Shown here: positions 47,072 through 56,202 of the stretch, one piece after another | Position numbering within the stretch: the stretch's first letter is position 1 | How the letters are laid out: the number at the start of each line of letters is the position of its first letter | Assembly (NCBI GenBank): GCA_040776945.1 | Contig: JAXGZN010000002.1 | Coordinates: 128,001 to 192,000 of the forward strand | Reading direction: 5' to 3' | From: Methanomassiliicoccaceae archaeon | GTDB lineage: Archaea > Thermoplasmatota > Thermoplasmata > Methanomassiliicoccales > Methanomassiliicoccaceae | DNA length: 64,000 nt | Notes under the pieces: generated by a model | The model's database searches: none | What the model saw: only the letters and a program-made list of their open reading frames with translations | What the model was told of the DNA's origin: nothing | Program-made: the position numbers and the translations under genes

Positions 47072-48142
47072 TCACCTGCCTCCGAAATATTCTCTGCCCT
47101 CTCTCATCATGCGCTCGAACGCTTCCCTATCATCCTTCAGCGCGGCCTCCATGAGGTCGTCCACCGCTCGCTGGAGATGCTCGAGGGCATCCTTGTTGAA
47201 GGGGTTGAGATGCTGTATCTCATAGTAAAGCTGAGCGTTCTCCTCGGCCACATTGCGCGCCGAGTCCACCTGGCGCCGGAAGGTGGTCGATGCCGCACGG
47301 TCCAGCTCCATGAATGGCCGACCGCTCCGGCGGAGGGCCTCGAAGAAGGCGATGTTGACCGCGTGGCCGAGCCCCAGGACATAGGCCATCAGAGGGTCGT
47401 GCTCCTCCACCTCCATCTCTATGACGTTGGAGCCGTCGATCAGCGATCGCGCCAGCTCGGTCGCCTCGGCCGAGCCGCAGCGGCATATGATGACGTTGCG
47501 GTCTATGATGGAGGAGGTGTCCGGCCCGAACATAGGGTGCATGGAGCAGACCTTCATCCCGTCGGCCGCTCCCGCCCTCAGCGCCTTCACCAAAGGGGTC
47601 TTGATGGACGTGATGTCCAGCACCACGCCCGCCGGGCGCAGGGAGAGCACCTGCCTCAACATCTCAGGGGTGGAGGATATAGGCATGGCCAGGATGATCA
47701 CCTCCGCATCTCGGACGCCCCGTTCCAGGTCGGTCTCCATGGGGAACTGGGGATTGTCCTCCTGGTCGTAGACCCGTATCTTGTGGCCGCGGGCGGCGAA
47801 GAACCGGCACAGCCACATCCCCATGCGGCCGCTGCCTCCGATTATGAGCATGCGCTTTGACAGCTGGGGCCGGGGAATGTGGCCCTGCTGCTCGATGGAC
47901 TCACGGATGAGCAGCCTGGCGATCTGGGTGGCCGATTCGGCGGACATGCCGAACTCCCTTGCCCGTTCCACATATCGGGCGATCACCCTCTCCTCCACCT
48001 GCGGCGCGCGGAGGGGTATGGACTCGGCGGCCTTCATCTGCCCCATCTCCACCGCTGCCGCCGTCCGGTTGGCCATCATCCGTAGGATCTCGCGGTCGAT
48101 CTTTTCGATGCGCTTTCTGATGTCATCTATGCTCTCACGCAA
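47072..48142 (-). CDS. tyrA: Chorismate mutase (AroQ)-prephenate dehydrogenase fusion
   Basis: IRKRIEKIDREIL N-terminal domain; IIGGSGRMG, DITSIK, HPMFGP and EEHD motifs; TTG start after GAGGTGA. Confidence 0.92.
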   Translation of the reverse strand: MRESIDDIRKRIEKIDREILRMMANRTAAAVEMGQMKAAESIPLRAPQVEERVIARYVERAREFGMSAESATQIARLLIRESIEQQGHIPRPQLSKRMLIIGGSGRMGMWLCRFFAARGHKIRVYDQEDNPQFPMETDLERGVRDAEVIILAMPISSTPEMLRQVLSLRPAGVVLDITSIKTPLVKALRAGAADGMKVCSMHPMFGPDTSSIIDRNVIICRCGSAEATELARSLIDGSNVIEMEVEEHDPLMAYVLGLGHAVNIAFFEALRRSGRPFMELDRAASTTFRRQVDSARNVAEENAQLYYEIQHLNPFNKDALEHLQRAVDDLMEAALKDDREAFERMMREGREYFGGR

Positions 48143-49211
48143 TAAAATCACCTCTCAGGCACAGGTCGGCCAGCACCAAGGCGACCGCCGCCTCGACCAC
48201 GATCACCGCTCTCGGCACGATGCAGGGATCGTGCCTTCCCTCGACCTTGATGGTGGTGTCCTCCATCCTCTCCAGGTCTATGCTCCTCTGCTCTTTGGGA
48301 ATGGAGGCGGTGGGCTTGAAGGCCACCCTCAGGTCAAGGGGCATGCCGTTGGACAGCCCGCCGAGAACGCCTCCTGCATTGTTGGTGACGGTGTGGATCT
48401 CACCATCCTTCACCAGGAACGAGTCGTTGTGCTCCGAGCCTCTCATAGAGGCTGCGCGGAATCCGGCCCCGAACTCGATGCCTTTGACCCCGGGGATGGC
48501 GAACATCATCTTGGCCAGCTCGCCCTCGAGAGAGTCGAAGAACGGCTCTCCTACGCCGATTGGCAGCCCAACGGCCAGGCAGCGCACCACCCCACCCACG
48601 CTGTCCCCATCGAGCTTGGCCTCCATGATCTCATTGATCATCGACAGCGCGATCTCGGGGTCTGCCGCACGCACAGGGTTCTCGCGGGCCTGGCGGCGCG
48701 CCTCCCTCAGGGTCCGGTCCTCCTCATCCTCGATCGAGCCGAGCCTCTGGGTATAGGCGGCGATCTGCACCCCTATGGTTCGGAGCATCTCCTTGGCCAC
48801 TGCCCCGGCGGCGACCATCGGCGCGGTCATCCGGCCGGAGAACTGCCCTCCTCCTCGGAGGTCCACGCTATCTCCGTACTTCTTCATCTGGGTGAGATCG
48901 GCATGGCCTGGCCGTGGAACTACGCGGAACCTCTCGTACTTCGAGGAGTCGGTGTCCCGGTTGGCGATGAAAAGGACCACCGGTGCGCCGGTGGTGACGC
49001 CCTCCATCACTCCGGCCAGCAGCTCCACCCGGTCCTCTTCCGCCCTGGGTGTGCCCAAGGCCCCTGAGGGCCGGCGGAGGTCCACCTCCCGCTGGATGTC
49101 GTCGCGGTCTATCTCGATGCCCGCCGGAACGCCGTCCAGCACGCAGCCGACCCCCGGTCCGTGGCTGGAGCCGAAGATGGTGAGGCGGAGGGAGGCGCCG
49201 ATGGTGTTCAA
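48135..49211 (-). CDS. aroC: Chorismate synthase
   Basis: FGSSHG, PRPGHAD, RGGGQFSGR, NNAGGVLGGLSNG, KPTASI and GRHDPCI motifs. Confidence 0.97.
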   Translation of the reverse strand: MNTIGASLRLTIFGSSHGPGVGCVLDGVPAGIEIDRDDIQREVDLRRPSGALGTPRAEEDRVELLAGVMEGVTTGAPVVLFIANRDTDSSKYERFRVVPRPGHADLTQMKKYGDSVDLRGGGQFSGRMTAPMVAAGAVAKEMLRTIGVQIAAYTQRLGSIEDEEDRTLREARRQARENPVRAADPEIALSMINEIMEAKLDGDSVGGVVRCLAVGLPIGVGEPFFDSLEGELAKMMFAIPGVKGIEFGAGFRAASMRGSEHNDSFLVKDGEIHTVTNNAGGVLGGLSNGMPLDLRVAFKPTASIPKEQRSIDLERMEDTTIKVEGRHDPCIVPRAVIVVEAAVALVLADLCLRGDFIA

Positions 49212-50476
49212 GGGCGCTCCTCCATGCTGGACCCCAGCGCTCTCATGTCCCTTACGAAGCCTGGGTAGGATACCTTGTATGCGTCGCTGTCCGAGATGGT
49301 CGTGCGGCCGTCGGCCACCAGTCCGGCCACGGCAGCGGCCATAAGGATGCGGTGATCGCCCGAGGGGTCTATGCTCCTGCCCCTCAGCCTGGTGGGTCCG
49401 CGGACCACGCAGCCGTCCTCCCGCTCCTCGACGTCCGCGCCCATCTGGGTGAGGAAGGAGACGGTGGTGGCGATCCGGTCGCTCTCCTTGAACCTAAGGT
49501 GCTTGGCGTTCCTCAGCACCGTGGACCCTGAGGCCTGGGTTGCGAGCACCGCGAGGACCGGGAAGGAGTCGGGCATGCTGCCCACGTCCACCTCGATGCC
49601 CTTCAGCGCGCCCCGCTCCACGGTGGCCTCATCGCCCTTAACGGAGACCAAGGCCCCGAACCTCTTCAGAACGTCGAGCACGGCCCGGTCACCCTGGCGG
49701 TCGTCGGGATCGAGGCCGGCGACCGTCACCTTCCCGGTCAGAGCCCCGGCTACCAGCGGGAAGGACGCCGAGGAGTAGTCTCCCGGTATGGTGTGGTCCC
49801 GGGGGCGGTATGTCTGCCCGCCCAACACCCGGTACCCGTTCTTGGTCTCCGCACTGGTCACATCGTGCCGGGCCATCATCTCCCTGGTGATCTCCACATA
49901 GGGACGGGAGGTCAGCGGCGTGGTGATGACGATCTCGGTGTCCAGTTCCTTCAGCGCCGATGATATTAGAAGGGAGGATATGAACTGCGAGCTCACATCC
50001 CCTCTTATATGGGTCCACCGTCCGTTGTTCGGCCCCCGGATGGTGATCGGAGGGAGGCCCTCCCTGCTCGCCGATGCCGCCCTCACCCCCATCTCGTTCA
50101 GAGCGGCGAGGAGAGGCTTCATCGGCCTGGTCCTGAGCGATTCATCGCCGGTGAGAACGACGTCGCTCTTCAGCAGCGAGGCGATACCGGTAAGCAGGCG
50201 GAGCGTCGTCCCAGAGTTTCCGCAGTCGATCGGTCCCGAGGGCGCCCTCAGCCTTCCGCCGCGGATCATCAGATCATCGCCCTCCCTGCGCACGATAGCA
50301 CCGAACTGCTCCATCCCCCTAAGGGTGGCCAGGGTGTCCCCGCTCAACAGGGGCCGGCGCAGCATGGAATCCCCGCGGGACAGGGCCGCGAGCACGATGG
50401 CCCGGTGCGTATAGCTCTTGGAGGGCGGCGCCCGTACCGTCCCGGTCGCCTCTGAGCTGCGTACCTCCAGCCTCAT
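49208..50476 (-). CDS. aroA: EPSP synthase
   Basis: PPSKSYTHR, GNSGTTLR, RPM, SSQFIS, KESDRI and DHRI motifs. Confidence 0.97.
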   Translation of the reverse strand: MRLEVRSSEATGTVRAPPSKSYTHRAIVLAALSRGDSMLRRPLLSGDTLATLRGMEQFGAIVRREGDDLMIRGGRLRAPSGPIDCGNSGTTLRLLTGIASLLKSDVVLTGDESLRTRPMKPLLAALNEMGVRAASASREGLPPITIRGPNNGRWTHIRGDVSSQFISSLLISSALKELDTEIVITTPLTSRPYVEITREMMARHDVTSAETKNGYRVLGGQTYRPRDHTIPGDYSSASFPLVAGALTGKVTVAGLDPDDRQGDRAVLDVLKRFGALVSVKGDEATVERGALKGIEVDVGSMPDSFPVLAVLATQASGSTVLRNAKHLRFKESDRIATTVSFLTQMGADVEEREDGCVVRGPTRLRGRSIDPSGDHRILMAAAVAGLVADGRTTISDSDAYKVSYPGFVRDMRALGSSMEERP

Positions 50477-51330
50477 GGTCCCGCCTCCGGGTTGCGAACC
50501 TTGGCCTCGAGGAGCCGGTGCTCGGACATCGCCGCCTTGAACTCGCGCACCTTTTCATCGACCACCAGCATGACCACCGCCGGCCCGGTCCCCGTGAGGC
50601 CGGCGGCCATAGCGCCGTTCATAAGCGCCTTGACCGCGATGTCCGGGTCCAGGCCCAGGGCGGCGCTGTAGCACATGCCGTTTAGGGTGAGCGCCCGGAA
50701 GTAGTCGCCAGCGTGGGCCTTCTCGAACGCCACATCGATCAGGCCTCCGAGTGCGGCGATGCGCTCCCTCGGCAGGGACGACTTGCGAACCTTGGCCTCG
50801 GGAACATGGATGAGAGCCCTCACATAGTCGGGCATTCTGCCGCGGAACAAGACCTCCTCGGACCGGTTGTCGGTGAGGACGACGCCTCCCAGAGCGCAGG
50901 CGCAGGCGTCGTCGAACGCACCGGTTATGGACACCCCCGCCTCGATGGCCGCCCGGGTGCCGATGCGCACCGCTTCCATCAGATCGATCTTGGCGTCCAG
51001 CGCGTCGAGGGCCGCGAAGATGATGGCATTGGCCGCCGCTGAGCTGCTCTTCAATCCTCTGGACACCGGGATCTGTGATCTCGTCGTGATCTTGGCATGA
51101 TAGCGTCTCCCGCCTCCGACGCGCTCCAGGACACCGAGGACGCATCTCTCCGCCAGTGCCGTGCTCTCTCCCGGCAGGCCGTCCATGACGACCTCGAAAC
51201 CGCTTCCTTCGGTCAGCTCCACGGTCGCCTCGGTCCTCAGGTCCAGTCCGAAGGCGGCGCCCTTGCCGTTAGCTATCGCGTTGACTATGGTGGCGGCGCC
51301 ATGGCTCGCTCCGGTGCCCTTCATCGTCAT
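50473..51330 (-). CDS. aroK: Archaeal (GHMP-type) shikimate kinase
   Basis: GAATIVNA, IPVSRGLKSSSAA, SITGAFDD and GLTGTGPA motifs; ATGA overlap with aroDE. Confidence 0.94.
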   Translation of the reverse strand: MTMKGTGASHGAATIVNAIANGKGAAFGLDLRTEATVELTEGSGFEVVMDGLPGESTALAERCVLGVLERVGGGRRYHAKITTRSQIPVSRGLKSSSAAANAIIFAALDALDAKIDLMEAVRIGTRAAIEAGVSITGAFDDACACALGGVVLTDNRSEEVLFRGRMPDYVRALIHVPEAKVRKSSLPRERIAALGGLIDVAFEKAHAGDYFRALTLNGMCYSAALGLDPDIAVKALMNGAMAAGLTGTGPAVVMLVVDEKVREFKAAMSEHRLLEAKVRNPEAGP

Positions 51331-52781
51331 CCAGTCCTCGCGCCTTCGGCCATGGCCTCGTAGGGAGGCCGCTGTCCGGTCCAGGCCTCGAAAGCATCCA
51401 TGGCTTGATAGATTAACATTTCCATCCCCGAGAGGGTCCTCGCTCCCCGGTTGCCCGCCTCGACCAGGAACCTCGTGGCCTCGGGATTGTACACCAGGTC
51501 CACTGCCCATTGGCCCGCCCGGAACGCAGATGGATCGACCGGGAGCTCGTCCGGGAAGCCTTTCATGCCGAGGGGGGTGCAGTTCACCAGCATGTCGAAG
51601 CCTACGGAGGCGACGTCCCCGTGGCCGGCCACCCGGCCGGAGAACCGCTTGGCCAGCTCCTGGGCTCTTGAGGCCGTGCGGTCGGTGACCCAGATCCGCG
51701 CCCCCCTCCGCTCGAGGACGACGCAGCATGCCTTGGCCGCGCCCCCCGCCCCGATCACCAGCACGTCCTTCCCCCGGGGGTCCGCCCCGGCGGCGAGCAT
51801 GGCCTTCTCCAGCCCGGTGACATCGGTGTTCCTGCCCTCCAACTTACCTCCGCGGTTCGTGATCACGTTCACTGCTCCCGCCCTTTCGGCCAGGGGCTCG
51901 ATCGTATCCAGCAGGGGCATGACCGCGGACTTGTGAGGTATCGTCACGTTCAACCCCCTTATCTGGAGGGCCCTCATAAGGTCTACAAGGCCCCCGAGCT
52001 CCTCCTCCCGCGCCGGGAACAGCAGGTACTTGCCTGGGAGCCCCAACGAGCGGAACGCGTGGTCGTGCATGGCCGGGGACCGCGAATGCGAGAGGGGCAT
52101 CCCGGTGAGGCCGGTGATGACGGGCCGGTCCCCAAGCGCCTTCAGCGTAGCCACGTCGAGCTGCCCCGGGGCGACCTCCCTCCCCTTCTCCAGGGAGGCA
52201 TAGGTGAACGCGCTGCCGAAGCAGGCCGGAAGGACCCTGGTAACCTCCCCCAGCGCTCCCATGCCTATCACCACGAAATGATTTCCGGTCGCGGAGAACA
52301 ATCTGGCCGCCTCATGGAGGCGCGCGAGGTCAGAAACGCTGTTCACCTGGAAGGCGACCTTGGCCACGTCCCCACGGGACGCCGTCGTGACCAACGCCTC
52401 CAATATGCCGGACAGTTCGGGGGTGCCGTTGAAGTCGTGGTACGAGGAGATTATCCCGGCGTTCTTCAGCTCCCGTCCAAGGCGCCGCACGATAGGCGAG
52501 TCGGCCTCGATGTCCACATATTCGAACCCTATGCGCAGGGCCCGTCGGAAGAACCGCAGCCGGTCATCGTCTCCCAGATCGCACATGCCGCCTTGTCCGG
52601 TCGTCCTCAGCGTGGCGATGCGCGGCAAGGTCAGCTTACGGAAGAGGGACAGGTCCTCGGGCAGCTTGGCCATGAGATCGAAGCGGACCTCCAGTAGGTC
52701 CGCTCCCCGCTCCTGCGCCGCCAGTCCCGCGGCCACCGCCTCCTTTATGCCCTGCTCTGCCAGAGATACGCAGACCTTCAT
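51327..52781 (-). CDS. aroDE: Fusion of type I 3-dehydroquinate dehydratase and shikimate dehydrogenase
   Basis: EVRFD, YVDIE, SYHDF and APGQ (AroD); SHSRSP, NVTIPHK, GAVN, NTD, GAGGAA, NCTPLGM and DLVYNP (AroE); ATG 52781. Confidence 0.93.
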   Translation of the reverse strand: MKVCVSLAEQGIKEAVAAGLAAQERGADLLEVRFDLMAKLPEDLSLFRKLTLPRIATLRTTGQGGMCDLGDDDRLRFFRRALRIGFEYVDIEADSPIVRRLGRELKNAGIISSYHDFNGTPELSGILEALVTTASRGDVAKVAFQVNSVSDLARLHEAARLFSATGNHFVVIGMGALGEVTRVLPACFGSAFTYASLEKGREVAPGQLDVATLKALGDRPVITGLTGMPLSHSRSPAMHDHAFRSLGLPGKYLLFPAREEELGGLVDLMRALQIRGLNVTIPHKSAVMPLLDTIEPLAERAGAVNVITNRGGKLEGRNTDVTGLEKAMLAAGADPRGKDVLVIGAGGAAKACCVVLERRGARIWVTDRTASRAQELAKRFSGRVAGHGDVASVGFDMLVNCTPLGMKGFPDELPVDPSAFRAGQWAVDLVYNPEATRFLVEAGNRGARTLSGMEMLIYQAMDAFEAWTGQRPPYEAMAEGARTG

Positions 52782-53812
52782 CAGATCTCCATGATCGTCT
52801 CTTTGATGCTGTGCCCGAAGTGCCTGCCGCCCTCCTCCAGGCGAACCAGCACCCTCTGCCCGACCTGGAGGTCGGAGACCGATACCGGCCCGTCCGGCGT
52901 GCACAGCTTGATGGTCTCCGCGTTCTGTAGAATGGTGCTGAACCTTTTTCCATTTTCCCCCGCTTCGATCAGGACCAGCGGCCGGCGTTCGATCTTGTTC
53001 CTCCCGACCACAACCTTCCTGGACGCTCCGTCCGAGCTAACGGCCAATACCTCCTCGCCGCCCTTAAGCTCTGACAGGTACTTCGTGCGGCCGTTGGCCA
53101 TGAGCACATAGGAGTGCACCGCCCCCGCGTTGACCCTGAACGGCCTTGATGCCACGTACTCGGAGTCCGCGGCCTCGGAGCCGATGAGAAAGAGACAGGA
53201 GGACTGGGAGCCGACCAGCATCCCCTCCCCTATGCGCAGCAGGGAGCAGGTGTCCACGCAGGCTCGGTCACCCATCGTGAGGGGGACAATGCTCGTGATG
53301 GGGATCGATCCCAGCTCGATCCTCGGCGGGCCTTGGAGGTCCAGCGAGGTGAACGCCTGCAGCTCGGAGGGGCTCCCGGCCTCTATTACCACTCCGTCGG
53401 CGCCCTTCTCCATCGTTTCCATGAACAGCTTCGCTTCCGAGGGAGAGGAGGCGGACGCCAGCAGCTTGGTGTGCGAGCCCTGGAACTCGGCTATGAGGTT
53501 CTCCAGCGGGATGACCTTCCAGTCCTGTGAGCGGATTACCAAGAACCTGGTCCGGTCGCGGAAGGCCGAGGCCTTCTCCATGTCGTCCGGCCCGGATATC
53601 GTGACGATCGCTCCCACCCTCTCCCCGCCGGACATGATGTCGTCGCCGGCGACCACCAAGGGCTCGAAACGACCGAGGCGGGCCAGCGCCCGGTCGGTGT
53701 CCCGTATCATGATATTGGTGAGCCCGGCCTCCAGGGCCGATGACACCATGCTCTTCCGCTCCTCGTAGTCTCCGGGAAGGTCGGCCCGGACCCATATCAT
53801 CTTGGGGGACAT
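52781..53812 (-). CDS. aroB': 3-dehydroquinate synthase II (archaeal AroB')
   Basis: WKVIPLEN, GDRACVDTC, RPFRVNAGAVH, YLSEL, LQNAETI and GRHFG motifs. Confidence 0.95.
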   Translation of the reverse strand: MSPKMIWVRADLPGDYEERKSMVSSALEAGLTNIMIRDTDRALARLGRFEPLVVAGDDIMSGGERVGAIVTISGPDDMEKASAFRDRTRFLVIRSQDWKVIPLENLIAEFQGSHTKLLASASSPSEAKLFMETMEKGADGVVIEAGSPSELQAFTSLDLQGPPRIELGSIPITSIVPLTMGDRACVDTCSLLRIGEGMLVGSQSSCLFLIGSEAADSEYVASRPFRVNAGAVHSYVLMANGRTKYLSELKGGEEVLAVSSDGASRKVVVGRNKIERRPLVLIEAGENGKRFSTILQNAETIKLCTPDGPVSVSDLQVGQRVLVRLEEGGRHFGHSIKETIMEI

Positions 53813-53816
53813 AAGC

Positions 53817-54608
53817 TTACTCCAGCTGCTTCAACGCCTCGTCGACCTCGGCGTCGTGGAGGACGATATCCGCCACCGCCTTGGTGATACCCGTAACATT
53901 ACGGTGCTGAAAGATGTTGCGTCCGATGCTCACTCCCATGCCTCCCGCCTCCAGCGAGTCCTTAACCATCTGGAGGAGATCGCGGTCGGACGACATCTTG
54001 GGGCCGCCGGCTATCACCACCGGGATGATGGCCCCCCGGACCACCTCCCTGAAGGAGTCGATGTCCCCGGTGTACGAGGTCTTGATCACGTCCGCTCCCA
54101 ACTCCATCCCGGCGCGGGCGCACTGCTTGATAAGGTCCACGTCGTAGCCGTTCTTAATCTCCTTCCCCCGAGGGTAGATCATCACCAGAAGGGGCACGCC
54201 CCACTCATTGCACTCCCTGGCGATCTGGCCGAAGTCCCTCAGCATGTACGGCTCGGTGCTGGCGCCGATGTTGACGTGGATGGACACGGCGTCCGCCCCC
54301 ATCTTGATCGCTTCCTCCACCGTGGTGACCAGCACCTTGGAGTTGGGGTCCGGGGAGAGGGAGGTGGAGGCCGAAAGATGAACGATGAGGCCGATGTCCC
54401 GGCCGAAGCAACGATGGCCATAAGGCACCACGCCCTTGTGCATGACGACAGCGGTGGCCCCTCCCTGGGATACCTTGTCGATGGTCGCCTTCATGTCCAC
54501 GAGCCCTGCGATCGGCCCCATGGTGATGCCATGGTCCACGGGCACGATCACGGCCCGGCCAGTGTTCCTGTCGATGATCCGCTCCATGCGGATGCTCTTG
54601 CCTGACAT
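53817..54608 (-). CDS. aroA': 2-amino-3,7-dideoxy-D-threo-hept-6-ulosonate synthase (AroA', DhnA-type aldolase)
   Basis: PVDHG, HKG, HLSAST, YPRG, GADVIKT, IAGG and GRNIFQ motifs; directly upstream of aroB'. Confidence 0.93.
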   Translation of the reverse strand: MSGKSIRMERIIDRNTGRAVIVPVDHGITMGPIAGLVDMKATIDKVSQGGATAVVMHKGVVPYGHRCFGRDIGLIVHLSASTSLSPDPNSKVLVTTVEEAIKMGADAVSIHVNIGASTEPYMLRDFGQIARECNEWGVPLLVMIYPRGKEIKNGYDVDLIKQCARAGMELGADVIKTSYTGDIDSFREVVRGAIIPVVIAGGPKMSSDRDLLQMVKDSLEAGGMGVSIGRNIFQHRNVTGITKAVADIVLHDAEVDEALKQLE

Positions 54609-54624
54609 TGGTCTACGCCTCGCT

Positions 54625-54643
54625 TGCTAGACAATGTCTAGCA
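54625..54643. promoter_or_regulatory. Perfect palindrome TGCTAGACA-A-TGTCTAGCA (candidate operator)
   Basis: 9-bp perfect arms with a 1-nt spacer, between TATA-like GTATATAC (54645-52) and the aroA' start (54608). Confidence 0.7.
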
Positions 54644-54800
54644 CGTATATACTACTTATCACGAGCGCGGTCCTTTCGACCGGCGCTGACCGCACCGTTC
54701 TGAATGAGATAGGGGGAGAAAAAGATGTCCGCCGAGATGTTACAGAACCTCGGTGCGGTGACGATAACCCTTTTATCGCCTCGGTCAATCCTCAGACCGT

Positions 54801-55301
54801 ATGTGGTACTCCCTGTCCAAGTTCTTCGGCCGATATCCCTCGCAGGGCAAGGTTGCCAAGCTGCTGATGACCAGCGGCCTGCGGGTCAAGGACGGCCGGG
54901 TCTACTGCGGGGACGTGGAGATCGGCGACGTCGCCATCGCGAGGGCGGCCAAGGTCGATCGCAGGATCGTGCGAGCCGCGGTGGAGACCATAGAGGCCGA
55001 GGTGGAGCTACGCCAGGTGTTCTCGCTCCTCCGGCCGACGGCGATGCTGAAGGACGTAGCGTCGGTCATGGGATGGAGCTGCATCGAGGTCATACCGACC
55101 GACGCTCATGTGCCTGGCATAATCGCCGAGGTCACCAGCGTGATCGCCGAGGCCGGCATAAGCGTCAGGCAGGCCCTTGTAGACGATCCCGAGCTCAGCG
55201 AGGAGCCTAGGCTGTACATCATCACCGGAAGCGAGGTACCCCCGGAGATGATACCCCGGATAAAGGCCTGCCGGGGAGTGAAGAGCATAATCCTGCATTG
55301 A
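54801..55301 (+). CDS. Predicted regulator of amino acid metabolism with ACT domain (COG2150-like)
   Basis: F.RYPSQ.KVA, AIARAAKVDRRIV (HTH-like) and PGIIAEV..ISVRQAL.DDPE (ACT domain); TATA-like TTTTATC about 25 nt upstream. Confidence 0.85.
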   Translation: MWYSLSKFFGRYPSQGKVAKLLMTSGLRVKDGRVYCGDVEIGDVAIARAAKVDRRIVRAAVETIEAEVELRQVFSLLRPTAMLKDVASVMGWSCIEVIPTDAHVPGIIAEVTSVIAEAGISVRQALVDDPELSEEPRLYIITGSEVPPEMIPRIKACRGVKSIILH

Positions 55302-56202
55302 GAGTGGTCCACTGGCCGCCCAACCAAGGGACCTGAGCTACGCGGGAGTGGCGTTCGCCATAGTCTCAATCTCCTTCGCCAGCATATTCATCCGGTGGAG
55401 CGAGGCGCCGGCGGTGATAATCGCCGCCTACCGCATGTTGTTCGCCGCGCTTATCCTCATGCCCTTCGCATTGAGGGAACAGCATCGCGAGGAGCTGCGG
55501 TGGCTGGAGAGGAGACAATGGTGGGCGGTTGCGGCCATCGGCACGGTCCTCGCGGTCCACTTCGTCGCCTTCAACGCCGCGTTGAAGGAAACGTCGGTGG
55601 CCGCGGCCACGGTGCTGGTGACCTGCCATCCCATAGTTGTCGGCATACTGGGATATATTTACCTAAGGGAAAGGCCCCGGCGCTCCGGAGCGGGCATCGC
55701 CCTGGGGATGGCGGGCGTGGTGGTCATATCCTCCGCCGACCTGTCCGCCGGCGCGCTATATGGCAACATCCTAGCGCTCGTCGGCATGCTCGCCGCAGCG
55801 TTCTATCTGCTGGGCGGGCGGGTACTGAGGCAGAGGATGTCGGTCATACCGTACGCGTTCCTGATCTATCTCGTCGCCGCCGCGGTCCTGTTCCTGGCGG
55901 CCATCGTGTCCGGCACCCCGCTCCGGCCGTACCCCGCAGACGAGTTCCTGCTCTTCCTGGCCCTGGCGGCGGTGTCGACCATCTTCGGCCACACGGTGCT
56001 CAACTGGTCGCTCCGGCACCTCCCGGCGGCGTTCGTCAGCCTCTCCATGCTCGGCGAGCCGGTCGGGGCCAGCATACTGGCCTGCCTGCTGCTGTCGGAG
56101 GCTCCCGGCCCGGGGACGCTCGCCGGCGGGGCCATGGTAATGGCCGGCATCCTGCTCACCGCCGGAGGCGCGCCTAGCGGTGATAGGACCCCAGATCGGT
56201 AA
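55297..56202 (+). CDS. DMT/EamA family transporter (start ATT 55297 or GTG 55348)
   Basis: About 10 transmembrane segments; SIFIRWS, AAYR, TSVA, GHTVLNWSL and LGEPVGA motifs. Confidence 0.88.
   Translation: MESGPLAAQPRDLSYAGVAFAIVSISFASIFIRWSEAPAVIIAAYRMLFAALILMPFALREQHREELRWLERRQWWAVAAIGTVLAVHFVAFNAALKETSVAAATVLVTCHPIVVGILGYIYLRERPRRSGAGIALGMAGVVVISSADLSAGALYGNILALVGMLAAAFYLLGGRVLRQRMSVIPYAFLIYLVAAAVLFLAAIVSGTPLRPYPADEFLLFLALAAVSTIFGHTVLNWSLRHLPAAFVSLSMLGEPVGASILACLLLSEAPGPGTLAGGAMVMAGILLTAGGAPSGDRTPDR

Noticed and set aside
12174-56176. Amber stops of trm5, btuF, cbiZ, cobY, cobT, gcvH, hisB and carB as pyrrolysine sites
   Set aside because: Each protein is already of full family length at the TAG, and where a co-oriented gene follows closely (btuF, cbiZ, hisB) it is in a different frame.
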